Source: a virus
Lineage: Duplodnaviria > Caudoviricetes
Direction: 5' to 3' (one strand)
Length of the DNA stretch: 41,101 nt
IMG/VR virus record: IMGVR_UViG_3300048858_000041
Span: 1-41,101 of that record
Shown: positions 1 to 7,452 of the stretch, piece after piece
Numbering within the stretch: the first letter of the stretch is position 1
Layout of the letters: every line of letters starts with the position of its first letter
Position numbers and translations under genes: made by a program
Notes under the pieces: generated by a model
The model's database searches: none
Seen by the model: only the letters and a program-made list of their open reading frames with translations
What the model was told of the DNA's origin: nothing

Positions 1-127
1 CGGCGGCGCCCGGCAAACCCGCTACGAAGGCTGCGCAACACGCGCCGACAGAGGCGTTCGCGCCCCCGGTGCAGATCCCGCGCATGCCGCAGCCGAAGGT
101 CGACGCACCGCCGCCACCTCCGACATC
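1..127. repeat. 127-bp terminal direct repeat (copy 1), circular-assembly overlap
   Basis: Bases 1-127 (cggcggcgcccggcaaaccc...cctccgacatc) are identical to 40975-41101. Confidence 0.97.
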
Positions 128-353
128 ACCGCCGGAGCCGACCCCGGCGCCGACCAAAGACCCCGGCGCGACCGGCCAGCGCAAGCCGCGCACCCAGGAC
201 GATGACTGGCACGACGCCCGCGAGATGCTTCTCGCGGGCCTTTCTGTTGTCCGCATCGCGGAAGAGCTGGACCTGCCCAAGGGTAAGGTTAGCGAGCTGA
301 AGTTCAGGCTGGACGAAGAGCGCGACGCCAAGCGCAAGGCAGGGCAAGGCTGA
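1..353 (+). CDS. C-terminal part of the junction-spanning protein (starts at 40407), with a C-terminal HTH-like segment
   Basis: ORF 69..353 is in frame with the ORF from ATG 40407 once the terminal repeat is collapsed; WHDAREMLLAGLSVVRIAEELDLPKGKVSELK resembles an HTH. Confidence 0.8.
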   Translation, partial: AAPGKPATKAAQHAPTEAFAPPVQIPRMPQPKVDAPPPPPTSPPEPTPAPTKDPGATGQRKPRTQDDDWHDAREMLLAGLSVVRIAEELDLPKGKVSELKFRLDEERDAKRKAGQG

Positions 354-2020
354 TGGCGGACACGATCAGCAGCCCCCGCCAAGTGGACCTGGAAGCTGAC
401 ACGGCCGCCCCGCGCGGCCTTCTGGCTTTGCTGAGCCAGGTCCATGCCTCCCCGGACAACCTGCGCCGCACGCCGGCCGGCGCCGAGGCTGACCGCAGCA
501 TGCGGGAGAGCATCGCCACCTCCGGCTTCTACCAGCCGCTGCTTGTGCGCCCCCTCCCGTCCGGCGTTGGCTGGGAAGTCATGGACGGCCATCGCCGGCG
601 CTCTGCCGCTGTGGAGCTGGGCCTGACCCATGTGCCCGTGATCGTTCGGGCCGCCAGTGACGCCGAGCAGATGGCGGCGCAGGCGGCCACCAACATCGTC
701 CGGGCGCCATTGGCACCAGTAGATCAGTGGGAGGCTATCAAGGCGCTGCAGGATCGCGGCTACAGCCTCGGCGATGCCGCGCACATGCTGGGCTTGGAGG
801 AGCGCAAGGCGCGCCGGCTCAGCCTGCTAGGGCAGCTGCACCCCGACATCCTGGAACAGATCCGCCTCCACGGCAGACCATCAGACTACCAGCTCGCCGC
901 TGTAGCCCGCGCGCCCGCCAAAACGCAGGCGGCCGCGCTGAAGGCGAAGTCTTGCTGGAAGGGCAAGGGCAAGACGGCGGAGCTGTCTTGGCATGACCTG
1001 GTGATGGCCTGCGAGCGCCAGCGCATCCCTCTCAGCCGCGCCGTCTTCAAGCCGGCAGAGCATGGGGTCACCTTCGAGGAAGATCTGTTCGCGGAACCAG
1101 GCAGCGACGACCAGTTCACCACAAGCGATGTGGCCGGCTTCATGAAGGCGCAGGAAGCGGCGATCTACGCTGAGGCCGAGGCATCCAAGGGCAAGGTGCA
1201 GGTGGCCGACTGGGCTGCCAGCCAGTACCAGCCCGCCATCCCGAAGGATTGGGTGACGTGCCCCTTTGGCACGAAGCCAAGAGGATCGGTTGTGTTCAAG
1301 GCCATCGTGCCCAGCGGGCACGACATCGGCCGCGTGACCGAGCGTCGTGCGATGCCTAAACCGAAGCCGGAGCCGAGGCAGGAGCCCGCCGCAGCGGAGC
1401 AGCAGGTCGAGGATCCGGCCGAGGACTCGCCGCCGATCGCGAGTGGTCGGGGACCTATCACCCAGAAGGGCTACGAGCTGCTGGCCCAGGCCCAGACCGA
1501 GGCCATCCGAACGCGACTGCGCGAGACGGCCGAGAGGATGGAGGAGAGCCAGCTGCTGGAGCTGCTGCTGCTGTCCCTGGTCAGCGGTAATGTCCGTGTC
1601 GAGAGCAACGTCAAATACCAGCAGGTCAGCTTCAGCGACATCGCTGCCACCTTGCTGGACGAGCAAGGGCAAGAGCGCGATCTCGACCACGGTGTGATCC
1701 ACCGTCTGGCGGCCGAGGCTATCGCCCGCATCATGGTGGTGACGCCGAAGGGCGGCTTTGGCGGCAGCGGCAATCCCGCGCACTGGATCGGCCGCCAGAT
1801 CAAGGCGGTGAAGGCCATGCCCCGCCTCGATACCGCGGACTTCCTGGCCACCCTCTCGCACGACACGCTGCGCAGCTTGGCCTTTGCGCAGGGCCTGGCG
1901 CCGGCTGGAACAGCGAAGGCGTTACGCGATCAGCTGACGGGCAGGGCCCCCACCCTCACCGTCCCGGAGGCCGCATTCGGCGCACCTGGGCCGGCCTCCG
2001 TCCATGTCGAGGAGGAGTGA
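353..2020 (+). CDS. ParB/RepB/Spo0J-family protein (ParB-N domain, HTH and long C-terminal extension)
   Basis: SIATSGFYQPLLVRP...VMDGHRRRSAA (GxRR motif), NIVRAPLAPVDQWEAI, then an HTH-like region. Confidence 0.9.
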   Translation: MADTISSPRQVDLEADTAAPRGLLALLSQVHASPDNLRRTPAGAEADRSMRESIATSGFYQPLLVRPLPSGVGWEVMDGHRRRSAAVELGLTHVPVIVRAASDAEQMAAQAATNIVRAPLAPVDQWEAIKALQDRGYSLGDAAHMLGLEERKARRLSLLGQLHPDILEQIRLHGRPSDYQLAAVARAPAKTQAAALKAKSCWKGKGKTAELSWHDLVMACERQRIPLSRAVFKPAEHGVTFEEDLFAEPGSDDQFTTSDVAGFMKAQEAAIYAEAEASKGKVQVADWAASQYQPAIPKDWVTCPFGTKPRGSVVFKAIVPSGHDIGRVTERRAMPKPKPEPRQEPAAAEQQVEDPAEDSPPIASGRGPITQKGYELLAQAQTEAIRTRLRETAERMEESQLLELLLLSLVSGNVRVESNVKYQQVSFSDIAATLLDEQGQERDLDHGVIHRLAAEAIARIMVVTPKGGFGGSGNPAHWIGRQIKAVKAMPRLDTADFLATLSHDTLRSLAFAQGLAPAGTAKALRDQLTGRAPTLTVPEAAFGAPGPASVHVEEE

Positions 2021-2021
2021 C

Positions 2022-2405
2022 ATGCTGAAAGCCACACCAGCGCTACAGGTGGCCTTCGCCTGCCACCGCGACCAGGTCACCACCAGCCACGGCCACCGCA
2101 TCCGGCCGGAAGGCCTGCTGCGCGTCGCGCTGCCGCGCGGCGGATGGCCCTACCCCGTTCGCCGCACTCTCCCACGCGGCCCCGCTTCCATGGCCCTGCT
2201 GATCAGCGCGCAGGATGAGACACACCGCGCGCGCGTCGCTGAGGAGCTGACGCGGGTCTTCGCCCGTGAAGGCCTCTTCGCGCTGAACCACCACGGCCGC
2301 GATGCCCAGGCGGTGCTGCGGTCTCGTCGCGCAGTGGGCTGCGCTTCACGCCTGATCGAGATCTTCACCGCGCAAGACTTCAGCGTTGAGGAGATCCCCG
2401 CATGA
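2022..2405 (+). CDS. hypothetical protein
   Basis: GGAGGAG RBS before ATG 2022; stop overlaps the next start (ATGA). Confidence 0.65.
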   Translation: MLKATPALQVAFACHRDQVTTSHGHRIRPEGLLRVALPRGGWPYPVRRTLPRGPASMALLISAQDETHRARVAEELTRVFAREGLFALNHHGRDAQAVLRSRRAVGCASRLIEIFTAQDFSVEEIPA

Positions 2406-2740
2406 CCGTCTACGTTGACGATATGCGAGCCAGGCTCGGCTCCATGATTCTGTGTCACATGGTTGCCGACACCGACGAGGAGCTGCACGCCATGGCAGAC
2501 CGCGTTGGCGTCGCGCGCCGTTGGCATCAGGCGCCGCCCGAGCATGACAGCCACTATGACATCGCGATCAGCCGCAAGAGGGCGGCGATCGCCGCCGGAG
2601 CGGTTCCCGTCACGCATCGCCATCTGGGGCTGATGGTGGTCCGGCGCCGTATCATCGGTGCTCTCGGCACGCCGGAAGAGGCCGAGGCCTGGCACCGGCA
2701 GCGGGTGGCCGCGCGCAGCGTGAAAAGCAGGGCGGCATGA
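2402..2740 (+). CDS. DUF4031-family protein
   Basis: MTVYVDDM...CHMVADTDEELHAMADRVGVARRWHQ...SHYDI...AIAAGA matches the DUF4031 pattern. Confidence 0.85.
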   Translation: MTVYVDDMRARLGSMILCHMVADTDEELHAMADRVGVARRWHQAPPEHDSHYDIAISRKRAAIAAGAVPVTHRHLGLMVVRRRIIGALGTPEEAEAWHRQRVAARSVKSRAA

Positions 2741-3000
2741 CTGGCAGTCCTGACGCTGACTGCGCCCACTATCCCGAATGCGGCTGCGGGGCGCAGCAGT
2801 CATGCGATGCCCCGCCCCTGCCCTATTCGCCGGCAGGCAAGAGGAAACCGCCACCTCCGCGCCCCATCAAGACGGCAACGCGACCGACAACAGAGATGGG
2901 AGCACCCATGAGCCGCTGGGACATCCTGATCTTTCTGGCGCTGATCTTCTGCGCGGGAGCGCCAGTCACCCTCGCGCTTGCCGCTTGGCTGTCGCGCTAA
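2737..3000 (+). CDS. hypothetical protein with Cys-rich N-terminus and C-terminal TM helix
   Basis: ATGA coupling with the upstream gene; CAHYPECGC..C; hydrophobic ILIFLALIFCAGAPVTLALAAWL. Confidence 0.55.
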   Translation: MTGSPDADCAHYPECGCGAQQSCDAPPLPYSPAGKRKPPPPRPIKTATRPTTEMGAPMSRWDILIFLALIFCAGAPVTLALAAWLSR

Positions 3001-3023
3001 TCCCCGTTTTACAGGAGATGAAC

Positions 3024-3263
3024 ATGCTTGGACGTACCGTTACTGACCGCGTAACCGGCTTTCGTGGCATCGTCACCGGCGTCGTTGAGTACCTGACTGG
3101 CTGCAACCAGGCACTGGTGGTGCCGCCGATGAAGGAAGACGGCAGCCTGCCCGAGTCCCAGTGGTTCGATGTGCAGCGCCTCGCAATCGTTCCCGAGGTG
3201 TCCGCGATCGTTCTGGACAATGGCAAGACGCCCGGCTTCGACAAGGCTCCGCCGAAGCGCTGA
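3024..3263 (+). CDS. conserved small phage protein
   Basis: AGGAG RBS at 3013-3017; LGRTVTDRVTGFRGIVTG..EYLTGCNQALV.P...WFD..RL is a common phage hypothetical pattern. Confidence 0.75.
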   Translation: MLGRTVTDRVTGFRGIVTGVVEYLTGCNQALVVPPMKEDGSLPESQWFDVQRLAIVPEVSAIVLDNGKTPGFDKAPPKR

Positions 3264-3376
3264 CCGACAGCCCGTGGGCTGATCGGCGGGCAACCGCCGC
3301 TCCCTGCCAGAAGGCGCGGATACGAAGGACCGCGCGGCCCACCATCCCCCATTAAGCGTGCGCCGTCCGCCGTAAC

Positions 3377-3646
3377 CTAATCCCAGGAGGCAGAACCATG
3401 ACCGAGAGAGCCAGGAATCTCCTCGAACGTCAGCGACAAGGTGGCTCTGAGTACGGGCTGATCGCCCTCTCTCCTGACCGTAGCTGCAACGCGGCTCAGA
3501 TCACCTTTGTGAAGCCTGCTCCTGGCAATCTCGACAAGAAGGCTGGCTGCTTCGCTTTGTGCCGCATCCAGCGCGGGCAAGTCAGAACCGATATCGTCCT
3601 TGACCAGTTCCCGGTCAATTTCCACGTCGAAGTAATAACGTTCCAT
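3377..3646 (-). CDS. DUF6894-family protein
   Basis: MERYYFDV...DDIGSDLPALDAAQSEAA...V.VR.E....VLRATL is typical of alphaproteobacterial DUF6894; RBS GAGGA. Confidence 0.8.
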   Translation of the reverse strand: MERYYFDVEIDRELVKDDIGSDLPALDAAQSEAASLLVEIARSRLHKGDLSRVAATVRREGDQPVLRATLSLTFEEIPGSLGHGSASWD

Positions 3647-3700
3647 CTGGCATCCTCTCCGTTACCCTTGATGAGAATGCGCGGGCAGATACGCTTGGGA

Positions 3701-3822
3701 CCGTTCTGCGTCGGTATTATACCGGACACTCGTCACTACACAGAAACGGGAGCGACGTGGCCGCAGGGGCACGCACCGGCAGGTTGGGGTGCCCCTCAGA
3801 GCTTTTGCGCCAAAACCTCTGA
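3701..3822. promoter_or_regulatory. candidate res site/promoter region of the resolvase
   Basis: Near-palindrome cggtattataccg (3712-3724) inside an imperfect IR (ccgttctg...cagaaacgg), plus IR tcagagcttttg-cgc-caaaacctctga (3796-3822), directly upstream of the recombinase. Confidence 0.4.
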
Positions 3823-3857
3823 CACCTTGCAACAACTCCATCGTGGCAGATGAGGCC

Positions 3858-4451
3858 ATGAGGATCGGATACATGCGGGAGAGCGCGGCGGGCCCATCGC
3901 TGGCAGAGCAGCAGGCCCTGCTGCGCCTGGCCGGAATTGAGGACTTTAGCAGGCACGCCCCCGTCTACACTGACCGCCGGCGCAAGGGGCCGACTTCCAC
4001 GACGCCGGAGCGCGACAACATGGTGCGCATCCTGCGGCCGGGTGATGTGGTGATCATCGCCAAGGCGACGCGCCTGGGTACCAGCCGGGCGGATGTGCTG
4101 AAGGCTATGGCCGCCATCACGGCGCGTGGCGCGGCGATCCATGACGCCGAGACCGGGCAGGATGTGCAGCTCCACCCCGACGCCGTACGGGCCATCGCCT
4201 TTGCCGATCGTGCGGAGAGCGGCGCCAAGCGGGAGCAGACCGCCAGGATGCGCGCCCGGAAGGTGGCGCTGGGCGTGACCGGCGGCCGACCGGAGCGGCT
4301 GCAGGGCAACACGAAGGCAGCCGCCGCGGCTGCCTGGGCAGATCTCACCAAGACCGTCCAGCAGGTGGCGGTTGAGTTCAACGTAGGGGCGCGGACCCTC
4401 TATCGGCTGTTCGGGCCGAAGGGCACTCCCCGCTTTGGCAAGAAGGGCTGA
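3858..4451 (+). CDS. small serine recombinase (resolvase/invertase family)
   Basis: IGYMRES (YxRxS catalytic motif), LRPGDVVIIAKATRLG, GGRP and a C-terminal HTH (VAVEFNVGARTLYR). Confidence 0.88.
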   Translation: MRIGYMRESAAGPSLAEQQALLRLAGIEDFSRHAPVYTDRRRKGPTSTTPERDNMVRILRPGDVVIIAKATRLGTSRADVLKAMAAITARGAAIHDAETGQDVQLHPDAVRAIAFADRAESGAKREQTARMRARKVALGVTGGRPERLQGNTKAAAAAAWADLTKTVQQVAVEFNVGARTLYRLFGPKGTPRFGKKG

Positions 4452-4454
4452 CGC

Positions 4455-4655
4455 ATGAGCGAACAGCGAACCACTGGCCGACCGGCGGAGGTGTGGCACC
4501 TCCAGCATCGCCTGGAAGCCGCGCGCGCCATCCAGCAGTTCATGGGCGACCGCTACGGCTCGGCCCCGGACGATACCGAAGCCCTGATGATGGTGGACGC
4601 CGTGCTCACGGCCGCACCGCAGGCGCCCGCTCAGGATGGAGAACCAGGATGGTGA
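4455..4655 (+). CDS. hypothetical protein (mini-gene array member 1)
   Basis: Starts 3 bp after the recombinase stop; overlaps the next gene. Confidence 0.6.
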   Translation: MSEQRTTGRPAEVWHLQHRLEAARAIQQFMGDRYGSAPDDTEALMMVDAVLTAAPQAPAQDGEPGW

Positions 4656-4891
4656 CCGAGCCAAAAACGGCCGAGGCCGAGCAGAAGCTGGCGACGCTGC
4701 GGCAAGCCCTGGCAACGATCGAAGCCGCAGACGAGGCGGCGCGGCAGGTCTACCGCACTGGGCAGGACCTATCATCGTCCGAGGGGCGCGAGATCTCGAA
4801 TTACGCTAGCCATGCGCGCGAGCTGTTCCGCGAAGCGCAGAAGGTGATGATCGTGGCGGTCTATGACCAGGAGAAGCGCATTGGCCGCTGA
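4649..4891 (+). CDS. hypothetical helical protein (mini-gene array member 2)
   Basis: ATG 4649 with GGAG upstream; MVTEPKTAEAEQKL... Confidence 0.6.
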   Translation: MVTEPKTAEAEQKLATLRQALATIEAADEAARQVYRTGQDLSSSEGREISNYASHARELFREAQKVMIVAVYDQEKRIGR

Positions 4892-5087
4892 TCAAACGGC
4901 CTACCGCTGCCTCATCTGCGGCTCACCGGAGTGCGCCAAGGTCCGCTGTGACGGATGGCGGCTGTGCTGGTTCTGCATGCACCCCATAATTGATGAGCAG
5001 CACCTGATTTTTCTGGACGGCGCCGCGAGCTGCTCCATCTGCTGGAAGGACTTCGCCGTTGAGCCTGAGGATGGGGCCCATGCCTGA
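4881..5087 (+). CDS. small Cys-rich, putative Zn-binding protein (mini-gene array member 3)
   Basis: AGGAG RBS then TTG 4881; CLIC...C...C...CWFC...CSIC. Confidence 0.6.
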   Translation: MAADQTAYRCLICGSPECAKVRCDGWRLCWFCMHPIIDEQHLIFLDGAASCSICWKDFAVEPEDGAHA

Positions 5088-5322
5088 CCCACAAACGGCC
5101 AAGGCGCCCAAGCCTGTGCGGATCCGCTGCGCCATGAGCGGAGCGCGGGAGGTTCTAACGGTCCGGCACGTCGGCTTCCACGGTGTCTCCTTCCGCTACA
5201 ACGACGACCTCTCCGTTATCGCGGAGGGGGCTGACCTGCTGCGCATACGCGCGATCTTGGATCACCAGATCGCACGGTGGCAGGCGGATGAGGCTAAGGA
5301 TCAGGAGGTGCCACATGGCTGA
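5080..5322 (+). CDS. hypothetical protein (mini-gene array member 4)
   Basis: ATG 5080; MPDPQTAKAP... Confidence 0.6.
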   Translation: MPDPQTAKAPKPVRIRCAMSGAREVLTVRHVGFHGVSFRYNDDLSVIAEGADLLRIRAILDHQIARWQADEAKDQEVPHG

Positions 5323-5341
5323 CCCTCAAACGGCCATCTAG
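5315..5341 (+). pseudogene. truncated gene start (MADPQTAI*) carrying the array junction motif
   Basis: Strong AGGAGG RBS plus ATG, and the same N-terminal codons as the preceding genes, but a stop after 8 codons. Confidence 0.45.
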
Positions 5342-5356
5342 CGCCAGCGCCGAGCC

Positions 5357-5394
5357 GGATGGATATACATTTGTATAGATATACATCCATCCAT
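5357..5394. repeat. parS/parH-like centromere array 1
   Basis: ggatggatatacatttgtatagatatacatccatcca: TACAT/TCCAT units in both orientations. Confidence 0.6.
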
Positions 5395-5473
5395 TCGTGC
5401 GATCCTCAATTCAGAAAAGTAGCCGGTAGGTTCCTTCCGAACCGTGCGGCCCTCCTACCCCGCTGCGCCCATT

Positions 5474-5710
5474 TCACGACCACTCCAAAAGCTTTGTAAG
5501 GTAATTCACAAGTAACGGTCCAAGAAGAACGCTAATAAGAAACGCGCCGCCTGCGATCCACCACGCTCTCTTTGACGCTCCTATCCTGATGTTTTCATAT
5601 CGTCCGCCGCCCGATCTAACTGCGTGAACAAATGGCGCATCAGAATCACTGGTAACGTTGTTCATTTGATGGTCGGGGCTATCCTCGAATTTGAACCTAG
5701 GTTCAGACAT
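5474..5710 (-). CDS. small membrane-anchored protein with an N-terminal beta-solenoid-like motif
   Basis: Low-GC ORF with GGAG RBS; C-terminal TM (AWWIAGGAFLISVLLGPLLVNYL); shares DSPD-x7-S-x9-VRS-x3-R-x-EN with the upstream gene. Confidence 0.75.
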   Translation of the reverse strand: MSEPRFKFEDSPDHQMNNVTSDSDAPFVHAVRSGGGRYENIRIGASKRAWWIAGGAFLISVLLGPLLVNYLTKLLEWS

Positions 5711-5713
5711 TAT

Positions 5714-6082
5714 TTACCATCTCCACGTCAAACATGTCGTTGAAAGCAAATTTATCTTAAAGAAGGAAAGCACTTTCGGCCCCTTGGCAGCCGGAGGCCG
5801 CCAGCCTTGATGGTACTTTCTGGCCGCCTGTGTTCGTGCAGGATCAGGCGCCACTGAATGGCGCACTGCATTCATAGGCTGCGTAGTATCTTTGAAATTC
5901 TCAATTCTGGCTCGCGGCGATCTCACAAATTCGGCCACAGAAGGCGCAGCGTAGCTCCCGCCACCTGAGATGAGAGTATCGGGCGAGTCTATCACTCTGG
6001 CGAACTGCATCCCCCCGACATGGCCATCGATGATCCGCACTCTGCTACTGTTCTCGATATGGAAAGCGCCTTTATCCCCCAT
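5714..6082 (-). CDS. small soluble protein with ~3 parallel beta-helix-like rungs
   Basis: GGAGGGG RBS before ATG 6082; repeats AFHIENSSRVRIID / FARVIDSPDTLISG / VAEFVRSPRARIEN spaced ~20-22 aa apart. Confidence 0.7.
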   Translation of the reverse strand: MGDKGAFHIENSSRVRIIDGHVGGMQFARVIDSPDTLISGGGSYAAPSVAEFVRSPRARIENFKDTTQPMNAVRHSVAPDPARTQAARKYHQGWRPPAAKGPKVLSFFKINLLSTTCLTWRW

Positions 6083-6136
6083 AATCACCCCTCCCGTCAG
6101 CAATGTGCATGCACGCATCACCCCATCTTATCCGGA

Positions 6137-6187
6137 CAGATGGATAGACGTACGTATGTGCATATATACATCCATCCATCTGCACAT
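6137..6187. repeat. parS/parH-like centromere array 2
   Basis: cagatggatagacgtacgtatgtgcatatatacatccatccatctgcacat, directly downstream of the parG-like stop. Confidence 0.65.
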
Positions 6188-6492
6188 TACTGGACAAGTT
6201 TTTTGTTTTTAGCCAACCACATATCCAGAGCTTCGGAGACGATGGCTTGCTTCTGTCTGCCAGTCCTGAAGCGATGAAGGGCTAGAGCTTCAGCTTGCTC
6301 CGCTGAGAGCTTGAAGTTCATCGAGCTGGGCCGAGACACTGATGCAGTAGGAGTCGGAGCTGGGGGCGAGGCCGGCGGCTCGTTAGCCGGGGCGGCAGGC
6401 GGGGGGTTCTCCGCCCGCTCGACAGGTGGCGGGGCGTCCAACGGCCCCTTGGCGAAGATCGCATCGAACTTGCTGGCGGGCCGTTTGGTCAC
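6187..6492 (-). CDS. ParG-like ribbon-helix-helix centromere-binding protein (type Ib partition)
   Basis: Coupled to parA; disordered Pro-rich N-terminus, then MNFKLSAEQAEALALHRFRTGRQKQAIVSEALDMWL (RHH pattern). Confidence 0.8.
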   Translation of the reverse strand: MTKRPASKFDAIFAKGPLDAPPPVERAENPPPAAPANEPPASPPAPTPTASVSRPSSMNFKLSAEQAEALALHRFRTGRQKQAIVSEALDMWLAKNKKLVQ

Positions 6493-7085
6493 GCAGCGAT
6501 CTCCTTGCCGACGGCCTCATACGCTTCCCATGCACGGGCTGCACCCTTCTCTTTCGGAACGCTGCGGACGGAGACGCCCTTGCTGGCTGCGTGCTCGAAG
6601 ACCTTCAGTCGAGGCACCTGGCCGACAAACACAGGGATGCCCTGGGAGGTAAGAACCTGGCGCAGCTGCTCACCGTCGGTCTCCGGCGCTGGCGGGACCT
6701 TGACCAGCAGTACCCGGTGCTTGCCCGGCGCTAGTTCCTTGGCAGCGCGCAGCGTGTCCACAAGCACATCCGTTTCCAGGGTGGCAGGGACGGTGGGAAT
6801 CACCAGCAGGTCGCAGCCCTGCGCTAACGCCTCGAAATCGGCCGAGCCCGGACGGGCTTCGGTGTCCACCACGACATGAGTGAAGGAGCGGGCCTTGTAG
6901 GCGCCGGCCTCAACCGGCACGACCTCAAAGGCGAAGCCACCCCGCTTCGCCCAGGCGGTGCTTGAGCGGTTAGGATCGCCGTCGATGAGAAGGGTCGGGG
7001 CCAGCGTCTGCAGGTACTCTGCCAGGTGGACGGCCGTCGTGGTTTTGCCCACGCCACCTTTGTAACTCGCGACCGTGATGTACAT
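6489..7085 (-). CDS. parA: ParA-family partition ATPase (short, type Ib)
   Basis: Deviant Walker A KGGVGKTT, LLIDGDPN, Walker B VVVDT; no N-terminal HTH. Confidence 0.95.
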   Translation of the reverse strand: MYITVASYKGGVGKTTTAVHLAEYLQTLAPTLLIDGDPNRSSTAWAKRGGFAFEVVPVEAGAYKARSFTHVVVDTEARPGSADFEALAQGCDLLVIPTVPATLETDVLVDTLRAAKELAPGKHRVLLVKVPPAPETDGEQLRQVLTSQGIPVFVGQVPRLKVFEHAASKGVSVRSVPKEKGAARAWEAYEAVGKEIAA

Positions 7086-7151
7086 TTGCGCGGATATCCA
7101 TCCATATGTGCAGATGTACACTTACACATACGGATATACATCTGTACATCC
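7077..7151. repeat. parS/operator array 3 overlapping the parA start and promoter
   Basis: 8-bp period: tacatttg cgcggata tccatcca tatgtgca gatgtaca cttacaca tacggata tacatctg tacatcc. Confidence 0.7.
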
Positions 7152-7277
7152 TAAATCGGTTGAGCTGGTCACGTTAAAGCCCTGTTTCCGATTGGTTGCG
7201 CGGTGGGCAAGAGTCCTGCATTGTGCCGCGATGATCTTGGAGAGCCGCTCAATCCTGAGCAAAGCATAGCCCCAGAA

Positions 7278-7352
7278 CGACGAAACCCCGCGCTTGCCGG
7301 CGCGGGGCTTGTCGGACCCGCCGGAGCGGATCGGAAACCAATGACGTTGGTA
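7278..7352 (-). ncRNA. putative counter-transcribed copy-number control RNA in the rep leader
   Basis: Minus-strand promoter TTGCGC(7386-7381)-N16-TAGGAT(7364-7359); hairpin accaa-tgacg-ttggt (7337-7351); terminator-like stem ccccgcgc/gcgcgggg (7286-7307) followed by TTT on the minus strand. Confidence 0.5.
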
Positions 7353-7452
7353 CCCCCGATCCTACATCGCCGAATCTGCCGCGCAAGAGGATTTTGCGTG
7401 AACGGGTGAAGCTTGCCGGCTGGTCCTCGGGCCAACCGAAGGAGGATCGGCC

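Noticed and set aside
3789-4451. Serine recombinase as the phage integrase
   Set aside because: At 197 aa with a C-terminal HTH it lacks the recombinase and zinc-ribbon domains of large serine integrases
7338-7354. ccaatgacgttggtacc in the rep leader as a CI operator linking immunity to copy control
   Set aside because: Only the GGTACC half and CAA match, and isolated GGTACC sites also occur within coding regions; too weak to call
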